A stretch of 64,000 nt of DNA, taken from NCBI GenBank assembly GCA_965153285.1, contig OZ229112.1; one strand, 5' to 3'. Made by a program: the position numbers and the translations under genes. Numbering within the stretch: position 1 is the first letter of the stretch; the number at the start of each line of letters is the position of its first letter. Below, in pieces: positions 39,681 through 51,050 of the stretch. The notes beneath the pieces were generated by a model. That model had not been told where the DNA came from. It searched no databases and saw only the letters and a list, made by a program, of their open reading frames with translations. This stretch comes from Podarcis tiliguerta. Lineage: Eukaryota.

Positions 39681-40480
39681 CTATAAGTGGAATTCGAACT
39701 ACTATTAGTTTTTTTAAAGTCTGATGAAATAAAAGAAAGGTATATTTGCTGAATATCTGACAGTTGCTTGAATGCCTCCTTCAACGGCATAATGCAGTGT
39801 TGAATTTAAAAATTCATTGAGCTTCTATTTTGAAACCAATAAGGAATGACAGTGTACTTCTTGTAAAATAAAGTACTCATAATTCAAATCTAAACTCCAA
39901 GTAATGATAATATTTCATGTGAAATATATATACAAAACACATAAGATAAATTCTGATTTGATATCATGTCACCATCCTTGAAGAAGGTAAAGTACTCTCT
40001 GTTCAAAACAACTTCCACGGTAGAATACATGCACACACAAAAACACTCTTTCTTCATTCTCTTCACATCCATTAAGCACTTACACAGCCACAAGTTTTAA
40101 GAGGAATATTCAAATTCGCAGTCCATAATCTCCTGTTATTTTCTGGTGGCAAATACCCACTAGTAATTCAAGGGAAAATTCTAGGAGCAGGCTTTCAGTT
40201 ACATACTATTCTTCAAGACTAGCTGTTCAAAGCAAAAACAAAATACCGTTGGTGCCAAGTCTATACTTTCCTCAGAATAAAGACACACAAGACCTGAGAA
40301 AGCATGATGGGCTATAAAAGGGGGGGGGGCAAGCCCTACACTGAAGCACTCCTTCCTCCCTTTCTACTGCATATTTCCCTAAATTTTCTGCCTGCTGCTA
40401 AACATCATGCAGAACTCAGAACTAGAATTAGGAACCCAGGATTTTGGATCCTCACTCAAAATGGAAAGAGCTTACTATTA

Positions 40481-40767
40481 TAGGGTTGCCATATCTTGAA
40501 GAGCAAGAAAAAATACAGCCCAAGTCGTTGCCATCCTGAACTGGGGAACTGTGGGGCTGCTGCCACACCCGCACACCTATTTCCCTGGCTCAGGCTGGCA
40601 GTGGCTGCAGAGTGCAGAGCCTGAGCCTGAGCCTGAGCCTGAGCCCCTTAAACCCCCTCCCCCCAAACCCAGACATTTCCTTTAAAATGTAAAAATCTGC
40701 CCAGATGGGTATGTTGGGCCCCCAAAAGAGGACATATCCGGCTTTTACCAAACGTATGGCAACCTTA
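40481..40767. mobile_element. hAT-type MITE containing (GAGCCT)n
   Basis: TIRs tagggttgccata / tatggcaacctta. TSD not recognisable. Confidence 0.7.
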
Positions 40768-41022
40768 GTTGGGGATGTCACAGCATGCTACAGTTAATGC
40801 TGAGTAACAAATAGAGGAAATATGTGAAACCAGAGCTTATTTACAACCTTCCTAACTATGGTTTGGACTCGGAGCATTGTCTGAATTGGGGCTGTGCTTA
40901 AATTACAAATATTAAAACCATACTAACAGCATTCATATCACAGTGAATGCAAAATACACATTAATGTATTGACAGCATTCCTCAAATGGGTATTTATAGT
41001 TATCCGTGGAGATAGTTTATGC

Positions 41023-41232
41023 CAGGGCCATCGAACAGGTCGATCGTGATCAACTGGTCAATCGTGGGGTGTCCCCGGTCAATCATGGTTGATCGTGTGA
41101 TCTTGATTGATCAATCACCCCCCCCAAAAAAAATAAAAAGCTCAACAACTTTGGTCAATCCAATGGGTAGATCACTGCCACTATTTTTATAGTTGGAGTA
41201 GATCGCAGTCTTTTGGGAGTTGGACATGCCTG
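41023..41232. mobile_element. hAT (Charlie-like) MITE
   Basis: Perfect 8-bp TSD gtttatgc (41015-41022, 41233-41240) and imperfect TIRs cagggccatcgaac / gttggacatgcctg. The interior is GATC-rich. Confidence 0.85.
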
Positions 41233-42789
41233 GTTTATGCATACCATTGTCCTTTCTAGTTTCTTACTATAATCCTATGAACTGTAAATCAAAAATACTA
41301 ATTCACCCTGCAGGGGACTTGCAAGGGTTCAGAAGGCAGTGCTGATTCCTGGAAACAAAAACCAAAAACATTATGAGCAACAGCTCACACAAGAAGCCTC
41401 AAACTGATGACCACTGTATGGTGAGTAATGAATTACAATACCAGAATGTGGTTTCAAGTGTCAGATTCCAAAATTAATCAGGTTTATTGAACCTACACAT
41501 AAGAATCAGTCTTGAATCCTGGCCATAGGAGAGAGGATAAATTAATAAAACACTGTATGTGCACAGATTTTGTGTCAGTGCCAAATCTGATATTTTAGAC
41601 AACCCCCACCCCAAATCAAAAAGAAACCATCACAAAATAATCAGGGAAAGAAAGCCCAACTATGTAACAATTAAAAACAACCATTCGTGAAAGAAGCCAG
41701 TTCAACTTGCAACAAATCTCTTTATATTCCCAATTATTCCCTTAAACTTTGTCAGCCAGGCTGAGTCCTTTACCTAGCAGCTGAGCTCCATGCAAGGGGA
41801 AAAAAAGGCTGATTAAATACAGCCTTGGACAGATGCCCATAGCATTGTGATTGATGGCTGAAATATGGACCCTGAAAGGATCCTACTGATTGCAAACATC
41901 AAAAAGCTGAGTAAGTCAATGTAAACGTCAGACTCTTTTCACTGCACCCGAAGCCAACAAACTAGGTGTTTGTTTTTTAACCTCTTCAAAAATATGCAAT
42001 CTGAATATAAATGCTTTACAATCTTATTTCATGATATTTGAAGATACGGTTTCACAATTGTAAAAATAAGCATGATTTTATTCTGGGCAATGAGGTTTTG
42101 AATGTTTTTGTCCAAATTTTACTGATTCTCCACTCACAATCACTAATATGAACTGGAAGCCTGACTCCACCAACTAAAATGCACTGAAAATGTGAAAGGC
42201 AATCTCATTTTTTTACCACTCGGATGTGACTACATAAAGGTTGTTAGAACCCGTCCTGAAACTTGAGTCCTGAATGCAAAGAAATCTATGGTTTAATTCT
42301 AGGGGGAATTGTGCTTCTGTAATTACAGACAAGTGCCCTTTAAATATGTGTATTTATTTATTTGCTCAAAAAATTACATTCCACTCTCCCCACCCCAATG
42401 AATTATTCAATATGGTTTACAAAAATAAAAAATAAAAATAAAATAAAACCATCATTAAAACACAATTATGAGAAGAAAAAAACTTGAAATTTCCAAGGAT
42501 GGAAAGAGGGAGATGTGAACAACAACAAAACTGCAGAAAATGAGGAAGAATGGCCACCACCACAGGCAATTGTAAACTGGTCAGTTGTTTGAATGGAAAA
42601 CTGAGACAAGGCCTTGTTCTAGAAAAGCTGGTTAGCCTATTGATGTTTAGCTAGGATTTTAACAAGAAGCTGAAATCACCATATGAAATAAGTATTCGGG
42701 GGGGGGGGGCTACAGATAAATATTTGTGGATCAGTATCCAACACATGCAATGTCACTTTCTGATGAGATTAAAATAAATGTAGGTTTTG

Positions 42790-43089
42790 CATGGGACTCT
42801 CAAGAGTCTCTTGAGAGTCCCACGGACTGCAAGATGATCAAACCTATCCATTCTGAAGGAAATCAGCCCTGAGTGCTCACTGGAAGGACAGATCCTGAAG
42901 TTGAGGCTCCAGTTCTTTGGCCACCTCATGAGATGAGAAGACTCCCTGGAAAAGACTCTGATGTTGGGAAAGATTGAGGGCACAAGGAGATGGGGACGAT
43001 AGAGGACAAGATGGATGGACAGTGTTCTTCAAGCTACCAACGTGAGTTTGACCAAACTGCGGGAGGCAGTGGAAGACAGGAGTGCCTGG
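42790..43089 (+). mobile_element. BovB (RTE clade) LINE 3' ORF fragment with 5' fold-back inversion
   Basis: ctcttgagagtcccacggactgcaag...aaggaaatcagccctgagtgctcactggaaggacagatcctgaag...tttggccacctcatgag...aagactctgatgttgggaaagattgaggg...gggaggcagtggaagacaggagtgcctgg is the canonical BovB end. The terminal tail is missing. Confidence 0.93.
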
Positions 43090-43398
43090 AACCCTCTCCC
43101 GCACCCAGATGGCGTAGCCTATATGGACTGCGCATGTGTGGCAACCCGTACAGACTGCGCATGTGCGGCATCCCATACGTGCACACTTCATACAGAATGC
43201 CACACATGCGCAGTCTGTACGGGCTACCATTTGCATGGTGACTGTACAGGCTGCCGCGTGAATGGCAGCCCATACGGACAGCGGGCGAGAGCAGCAGCCC
43301 CTACGGATGCCCGTACAGATAGCGCGTGAGAGCAGCAGCCCGTGCAGACGGCGCGTGAGTGGCACCTATACGGACTGCGGGCGCCCTCAGCCACTCTA
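43090..43398. repeat. CpG-rich degenerate minisatellite (~27-29 bp units) with internal inverted repeat
   Basis: Units such as cccgtacagactgcgcatgtgcggca and cccgtacagatagcgcgtgagagcagcag. A 27-bp inverted repeat lies at 43145-43171 / 43197-43223. Confidence 0.8.
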
Positions 43399-46300
43399 CA
43401 GCTGGGAGGAGGCAGGGGCCATCTTGTCACCCCTTGTGTAGAAGGATGTCACTTCTGTCAAATGATATTGTGTGTAAAGACTTCCATAACTGGTTGAAAA
43501 TGAGAACAGGACCAAGCCCTAGAAAACATGCTGATGTGTCATTGTTCCCCATACTTACTGAACACTGTGCTATTACTGAAGATGTTTGGAGGATTCTGTG
43601 CATGGGAGACACAATATCTGTTAATTGGTCAGCTTTTACGAACTGCTGCTTTGATAAGCAACAGCAGTAGCTAGGAGCTTATTCCTGACTGCCAACAAAG
43701 TCCATCTCCCCGCTTTGTACGCCTTATAGGTTCCAACTTGCAAGAAAAGTTACAATGCAATCACTTTCAAACACCAGATTCTTTCAAGGCCAATGAGATC
43801 AATGTAGCACCTTTCTTTAGGAGTTCAAGTGCAGCAATGCCTGGTATCCTTTTGACATCTTCTTCCCAAAGGTGTTTAGGAGTACTGTGAGTCATGGGGG
43901 ATTTTCACTTTTATAGAACTGTCATCGAAAAGGGAAACATGTCTCCTAAAATAGTTTTCAGTTCATGTTCCGTAACCTGAAAACTGTTTTTGTAGGCACA
44001 CCACTTACACCACTTTCACAGATGCAGTGGATTCAGGTCCACAATTTCATTTACACGATCATATCTTCTACACCATTAAACTCTTTTGAAAATATCATGG
44101 CAGCTCAAAGAGGTGCCAGAACACACTATAAACACCTCCTTCATTCTCTGAGATGGCAATGGTGCCCACCTGAGAGGTGTCAGAACTGAGCTGCAGTCAG
44201 GTAGAGCATGTAACACTGGCCTTATTACTTTAACTCAGTCTAAGCCAGTTTCAGCTTTTGCTGACAATGTTGTCCTTTGGTTAGTTTTAAATTAACGTTA
44301 CAGATTATTTTTTTACAGGCAATGAACAGTTTCAAGCAGAATGAATCATGGCATCTATGTATGCAAGGAGGGCACAGTGGGAAAGCAAAAGGGTATTTTC
44401 AAACCACTTTAAAGCTACCATGTGTGAACTGTTCATTTTGGGGGAAGGAAGAGGGGGGAATATGTTGATCCCTTCAGATTTTTTTTTTCTGTTTCTGTTT
44501 GAAACAAAAAGTAGGTTTGCAAAAGTAGTCCTATGCTCACGTTTGTTGTCTATTATATCCCAGGCATTCTCTCGCTCTGTGTGTATGTGCGCACTTGTGT
44601 GCAGGGCTTTAAATTTGAGGATAAAGTTCTTATCTCCACCTGGATAAGATTTAAAGGGCAAGTTGGCTTTATGTGAAAAATGTCAACAGTAATTTTTCTT
44701 CAGTGGAAGACATACTTATAAAAGAAAGAGTAAGACTATTGTCAGGGGAGGTGCTGTGTTTCATAAACTACATTTTGAAAAGCATAGAGTAGTTGCAATT
44801 ACAGCCAATGATGTCTTGAATATTACATCTGAACTAAAACCAAATTTAAAAGGCAACAGGTCACTAAAATACAGTGGGATTTCCACCCATTTCCCCTTAC
44901 ATTTAAATTGTTGTAAGTACTGACCTGCTGGGTAACTGCAGTTAAAGTGTATTTCTCTGCAGGTAACATTCATAGCACTGGAATATGACAGATATTGGGT
45001 CTCCAGTTTTAATGCATGCCAGTTCTACTTAAATCATACATGTACATGGAACGTAGTCACTGAAATAATGCAACGGATTTAGAATAGCAGAATACAGAAA
45101 ACAGAATGAGCCTGAAACTGGCTGTATATTGTTTGGTGGACCAGCTACATGTGGAATCAGGCAATCCTTTAAATGTTCACCTAGCCATACAGAAGCTGCT
45201 TTACCATAAACATCTTCCACACAGCTCAGAAAAACATTTCAGTAGAGAGGAAGTCACATGAGTCTTTCTGATTTCCGAGGCTTACCCTTCCCAGTCAAAC
45301 AGCTGACGGGGGGGGGGGGTTTCAACCTTTTCCCCCAACTACAAAACAGGCAAAAAGTGGAGGAAATAATCCCATATAGCCAAACACTCTGAGTGATTTT
45401 ATTGTGAACATATAGCGGGCCAAATCAATAATTCTAACCCAGTACAGTATATTGACTCCAAAAGCAGCTCACACTGCTACATTAGATCAGGCCTGCAGAA
45501 CCTGTCTCCCAACTAATAAATTGCAACCTACCAACTATGCTTGGTGGCTCACCCAGGACTTAATAAATCTGGCTTTGCAACACACCACCAACAGTGGAAT
45601 AGGAGGTTAAGAAAATGGCAAGTTACAATTACTTAGTTACATTTCCATCTATGTAACATGGTTCTCCTGATGATCAATAGTGAATTTTGTGTTCAGCATG
45701 GATTTCGCAGAAGTATTAGAAAATAGTTTGCTTCCTCTCAGGTAATAGTTCCACGCTGTTTATCTTTAAACAACAGATGGTGACATCTGGAGCAGAATGA
45801 GGACGATATTAACCTACAAAAGCATTTAGAAGCCTTCCCCATCTGAGTTGTTTCACATAGTATAAAATTCATATAATACAAAATCCTAGCAAGTCATCAC
45901 TGGAAGGACTGTGATTTTAAATTGTTAAATCTGTGTGCAATTGGTCATAAACAACACTTTAGTGCTGTCAAAATACACATCTTTAAGTATTGCTTCATCT
46001 ATTATCTTGCTGGGCTACTTGAATTTAAGGATTATCTTGTCCTTATGTTGCTCAGAACAGTGGCATTAGGAACATCTATCCTTCCAGCTAATGTTTTGAA
46101 GCAAGAAAATACAGCCTCCTCATGAGGGCTGTTTTTCATGTCTGACACCATTAGAGCTGAAGACCTTCCTTTTTGGCTTACTGTTCTAGGAAGAAAGAAC
46201 AAGAAGATCTCAAAGGAAGATTTGTACTTTTTCTGTGTTCATTCAAGTTCAGTTAAGGCAGCCAAGTTCATTTCAAATAAAACAAAGCCATCCTGCTGGG

Positions 46301-47119
46301 ATGGTGGGTATGAACCACACCTACTCTCAAAAGATACCCAAGGCTACAGCTGCTGTTCCTTTATTTCAAAACAAGGTTCAAACACAGTCAGACTACACAA
46401 ACACAAGAACATCATAATCCTTCTTGCAAAACAATGAAAACATGAGAGCATGTAAATTATGTTAATTTGGTTTATTTGATTTCTCAATCTCTCTCTTAAC
46501 TGGTACATAACTTTCATACACTTTGAAGGGTCCCAAGGATCACAATAGCTCCCTCAAACTCACAAAAGAACTGACTCAATTCAGCCATCATACAAACCAT
46601 GGTTTGTATTAGCTACAGTTAGTAATCCACACAATGGTTGCACATACACAGCAGGCTAACCATAGTTTATAGCCGCTTGTCTGCTTTTATTGTCTATCTG
46701 TTCAGCAACTCAGCCTCATAACTTCGTTTCTGTCTCTGAAGGGCAGTAGCTTCTCAAAGTGGAACAACATCCATCTTCATAGGGCAGAAGCCTACTGAGG
46801 CAGAGCTAAAGCTCGGATGCTTAGAAGTATCTTGTGAATTCAAACATAACCACAAACCACAGCTAGGCAAATTAACTTCAAACTGTTGTTTGATATCCTG
46901 CTTTGGGAAGCCCCATTGCATTAATCTGCCATGGTTTGGCACTACGTCTGAATACAGTCACTGAATGACATTCAGAAGAAACAAGGAGTATTTTTATACT
47001 ATAAATGTGAATTAGTTATACTTTAGCATGTTGTGGCTGAACAATTCTAAGCTTTCCTGAATAAAATGGTTTTTCTTGGCCCTTTTCAGTCTAGGGTTTG
47101 CCCTGGCTATGTAACAGAA

Positions 47120-47260
47120 TCTGCTTCAATAGCTCTGACAGATTATCTTCATGGTTTCAGGAAGAAAACTTCCCCAGCCCTACCTGGAGATGTCAGAGAT
47201 TGAACCTGGCAACTTTTGCATGCAAAGCAGGTGCCTTACTATTGAGCAATGCTCCTTCCC
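47120..47260 (-). mobile_element. tRNA-derived SINE (Squam2-like), degenerate
   Basis: Minus strand gggaaggagcattgctcaatagtaaggcacctgctttgcatgcaaaagttgccaggttcaatctctgacatctccaggtagggctggg: a tRNA-Ala-like head with A/B boxes. Confidence 0.65.
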
Positions 47261-48367
47261 TAGAGTATATTTTTCATAATTATTTCTGTAAGAGTATAAT
47301 GTGGAGGACCTAACAGAATCTTTTTAATACACTTAATTCTACAGCCTATATTGTTTGCTGTACTTATTTTTTGCTGTTACCAATGAGATGGGGGGTGGGG
47401 GTGGGGAATTCTAGTGCTTATTATTGTGTAGAAGCCCAGTACAGGAATATTAACATCAGGAGGATGAAAAGAGAAATAACAATGTCATCCCCAAGCGAGA
47501 AACTTGAAAGTGAATAGCTACTTGGAAGTCCGTCCTATTGAATAAAAAATTGTACACCTAACCATAGCAGAAAAGCAGAATTAACCACATTCTCTTTACT
47601 AAGAAGCTATGTAAGCCACATTCGTTTTTCTTTTTTGTCTAAAAGTGAACTCAGCATCAATGCAAAACTGCAGAGGAAGAGGAAGAAACCCTGAGCTTCT
47701 CCTGCTGTTTTATGTACAGTTACATTTAGCAACAAATCACAGCACTGACAGGAACTAAAAGAGAGCAGTAATAATGGAGGTTGATTTTGGACACCCATTT
47801 ATTTTATCTGGCATATCAGCAATACTACAGGAAACTCTGTTCCAGATGAGAATGCATGGCGCGCAAAGGCTTGCAATGTTATCAGATTTCCAATATCTCA
47901 TGATGTGCTTGCTCTTGGTAGGATGTGAGTGTAGTAACCAACTCCAGATGCATTATCTAGGACACTTGTACAATTATTTAATTTATAGTTTCCTGGACAC
48001 ATTATATAAGCTGAAATTTACAATTTGTTTATTAGCTTAAAAGAACACACCCCTGGGAGCTGACTCACAAGGTTAGTACCAATCCCTCCTTCATTTCCTT
48101 TCTCAAGTCTAATATTACTGTGAAGCTAAGAGAATAGGAGTTAATAATTAGAACTTATAACCATGGGGCCCAGTGAAAATCAGGATTTTATCTCCTTATC
48201 TGCTACAAAATGCCAGATTGGGGGTGAGGAGGGGGGGAACAAATCGATTTCTCCTATGTTCTAAGGCTTGGGGAATTGCTAAAGGTTTTCCTCCTTATTG
48301 ACAGGCTGTACTGCATCTAGCAATTTCTTTCTCAGCTAAACACTGAGAAAATTACTCAGATAGTCAG

Positions 48368-49162
48368 TGGCATGACCCCTGAATCCAGCAGCAATCCAGA
48401 CACAGAGCCAGAAACTGCAGAGGCACCAGCTAAGCAGCATGATCAAGTTCAGGGCCCTGAGCTGTCTGCTGGAGATCAGGGTAACACGGCACACAAGTCT
48501 GTCCAAAGGAGCCCCCAGAAGAATGTCCTGGGCTACCAGGACCTGTAGTCTGTACTCACATGGCCAACTTCCCCTAAGTCTGAGAAACTAGGTGCTTCTA
48601 ACCACACATCACTTGGTGCAACAGTGCAGGGAGAATACCAGGGAAGAGCCTATGGAATGGAGTGGGAGGCAGAGGTTGACCCTTTAAGACTCTGAAGAGA
48701 GTGATGTCTGAATACATACTTTAAAAGTCTCCTAACTTCTGATGAAGCAAGTTGCTCACTTGGAGCTATGTGTCTTGAAACCTCTGACCACTGGGCCATC
48801 CTCCTCAGATAAGTACAGTGGTACCTCGGGTTACATACGGTTCAAGTTACAGACTCCCCTAACCCAGAAATAGTACCTCGGGTTAAGAACTTTGCTTCAG
48901 GATGAGAACAGAAATTGCACGGTGGGGGCGTGGCAGCAGCGGGAGGCCCCATTAGCTAAAGTGGTGCTTCAGGTTAAGAACAGTTTCTGGTTAAGAACGG
49001 ACCTCCAGAACGAATTAAGTATGTAACCAGATGTACCACTGTAGTGGGGAGGCTATGTGGCAGAGGTGTCATGCTTTGTGGGTTGTGCCAAGACCAGAGG
49101 AAGAGGCCTGGTGAGTTGAATAAAGGAAGCCACCTAGCAATTTGCTGTGGGTTATTCACACA
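48368..49162 (+). mobile_element. Possible degenerate LTR interrupted by a MITE
   Basis: GC-richer block starting tggcatgacccc, with AATAAA near 49119 and ending ...cacaca. Confidence 0.3.
48816..49041 (-). mobile_element. Tigger/pogo-like MITE (cagtggtacctc family), copy 2, opposite orientation
   Basis: TIRs cagtggtacctcgggttac / gtaaccagatgtaccactg with TA TSD. The interior is the reverse complement of the 31622 and 63685 copies. Confidence 0.92.
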
Positions 49163-50204
49163 CACTCTTCCAATGGTTGGAATCCAATGCAAACATCTCC
49201 TTTTCTCATTAAATAGGGTTTAGCTTTACCAAGAAAGTGAAATATTATTGAGGGCATTCTAAAATGAAATTGTGTGGGTTGTGTGTCACTGTGTGAGAGA
49301 GTGCTGAAAAAGATCAGTAGCTTTAATGTAGTACAACCTGAGAACATTCTGAACAATTTTGTTCCTTAGAGCTTTGAAAACAGATGTTCGCAAGGTCCAG
49401 CTGACATCTTTCATTTTAGCCAGCAAAATGTGGGATGATTCCAGGAAACTGATTGTTCATGTAAGCAATGTGTGTCTCTATTAAGGAATTCCAAGACCTC
49501 ATATCATTACTATGTTTTTATTTCTAAGGAGACTCCCCCCCCCCTTTATTATATTAGAACACCATTAAAAAGCAGTCATATTGGATCAGTCTGATGCATG
49601 ATCCAGATTTAAACAGTGGTCTTCAAATGGAACTACAATAACATAATTATAGAATGTACTGACCTTGTTGGTCTAATTTCTCATGTGTCTAAAGCTGTCA
49701 CCAGTTAATGTAATTCCAAGATGCAGAGATATCTTTCATATACATTTACATTCAATAAGCATAATGGCTGCTAGCACTTAAGTGACCCATTGCTCAATAA
49801 CTTGTTCAATCATTTAGTCACTCAGCTATTTCTATTATACCACAAGTTATAGGACAAGCTAACCTCAACACAATGCAAAAAGTAAATTTCACACTATATG
49901 AAATTAATTTGTCCTGCAACTTGTGCTATAATGTGAAATTTCCAGAGATTATTGGTGGGGGACAGCTACAAGGGGGAGTGGGTATTCCCTTAAAGCATCC
50001 CTCATTGTTTTACAGACAGACGTCTTCTGTTACTTAGGTGGCACCCATTGGGTCTCCCACTACATGTTTTTAATTTTACATTGTAAATTACTAGGTATGT
50101 ATCCTGCATCTTTGCACGAAGTGAAAGGGTATATAATTGATCTAGGGAATAACTGCATCAGAATGGGCTGATTCTTTACATTCTACTTATGGGCTTTTCA
50201 GATA

Positions 50205-50463
50205 CCGTATTTTTCGCTCTATAAGACGCACCAGACCATAAGACGCACCTAGTTTTTGGAGGAGAAAAACACGAAAAAAAATATTCTGAATCTCAGAAGC
50301 CAGAACAGCAAGAGGGATTGCTGCGCAGTGAAAGCAGTAATCCCTCTTGCTGTTCTGGCTTCTGGGATAGCTGCGCAGCCTGCATTCGCTCCATAAGACG
50401 CACACACATTTCCCCTTACTTTTTAGGAGGGAAAAAGTGAGTCTTATAGAGCAAAAAATACGG
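50205..50463 (+). mobile_element. Tc2/pogo-type MITE, full length, inserted in a CR1 3' UTR remnant
   Basis: TIRs ccgtatttttcgctctataagac / gtcttatagagcaaaaaatacgg with TA TSD and a 31-bp internal hairpin. The flanks join into CR1-like ...gggcttttcaga|aatctggttggctactgagggagacaagatgctgg...atgttctta. Confidence 0.92.
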
Positions 50464-50799
50464 TAAATCTGGTTGGCTACTGAGGGAGACAAGATGCTGG
50501 ATTAAACGGTCCTTGGGTTTCAACCAGTTATGTTCTTAAGTTAATATTGGGTGATACCATTCATGAACTCAGGGCATGTCAACCTGGAAAAGTAACCCAT
50601 CTAGGAAGAGAAAAATTATTGTTGTCTGGACAGCCTAGGACCTCCATACACACTGCCCAGGCTTGCACCATGGGAAAGACATTTCAGTTTGACTTCAACC
50701 CTGGACGGGCACTTCATTGTCTCTTGAGAGAGACAGATGCCAAAAACAAATGTTAATATAATGGCATGATGTCATTGCCAAAATATGTAGACAAGACCA

Positions 50800-51050
50800 T
50801 TCTTGACCATTGGACCCACTATTGGTCTCATCCACTCAATGTGCCGAAGCCTATCTTTGCATGCAGAGGAAGTCCTTAACTCACTGAAGGTTTAGCCAGC
50901 CAATCAAAACCATTCCGGGGTGTGGCTGCTGTTGCATGCTGGCAGCTTCCAGGAGCCACAGGTGAGAGCTGAGTGCCAGGTGGGACCAAAGATGGCCAAA
51001 CTACCCCAAAGAAGAATGATAGTACCCACTAGAGGTACTATTGCTCCCTT
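50800..51050 (-). mobile_element. Probable RTE-clade LINE/SINE 5' fragment
   Basis: Minus strand ggtcccacctggcactcagctctcacctgtggctcctggaagctgccagcatgcaacagcagccacaccccgg resembles RTE 5' leader sequence (from recall only). Confidence 0.35.

Noticed and set aside
43090-43398. Repeat units suggesting a CRISPR-like array
   Set aside because: Units are degenerate, adjacent and in both orientations, with no unique spacers. The context is a vertebrate genome with no cas genes.
42877-43430. Overlapping 68-162 aa Cys-rich or repetitive ORFs
   Set aside because: Products of the BovB fragment plus the GC-rich minisatellite. No splice or promoter context and no recognisable domain.
4676-45374. Shared 16-mer ggaggaaataatccca near poly-G runs at ~4676 and ~45359
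   Set aside because: Similarity does not clearly extend beyond the 16-mer; most likely an old dispersed-repeat remnant or chance.
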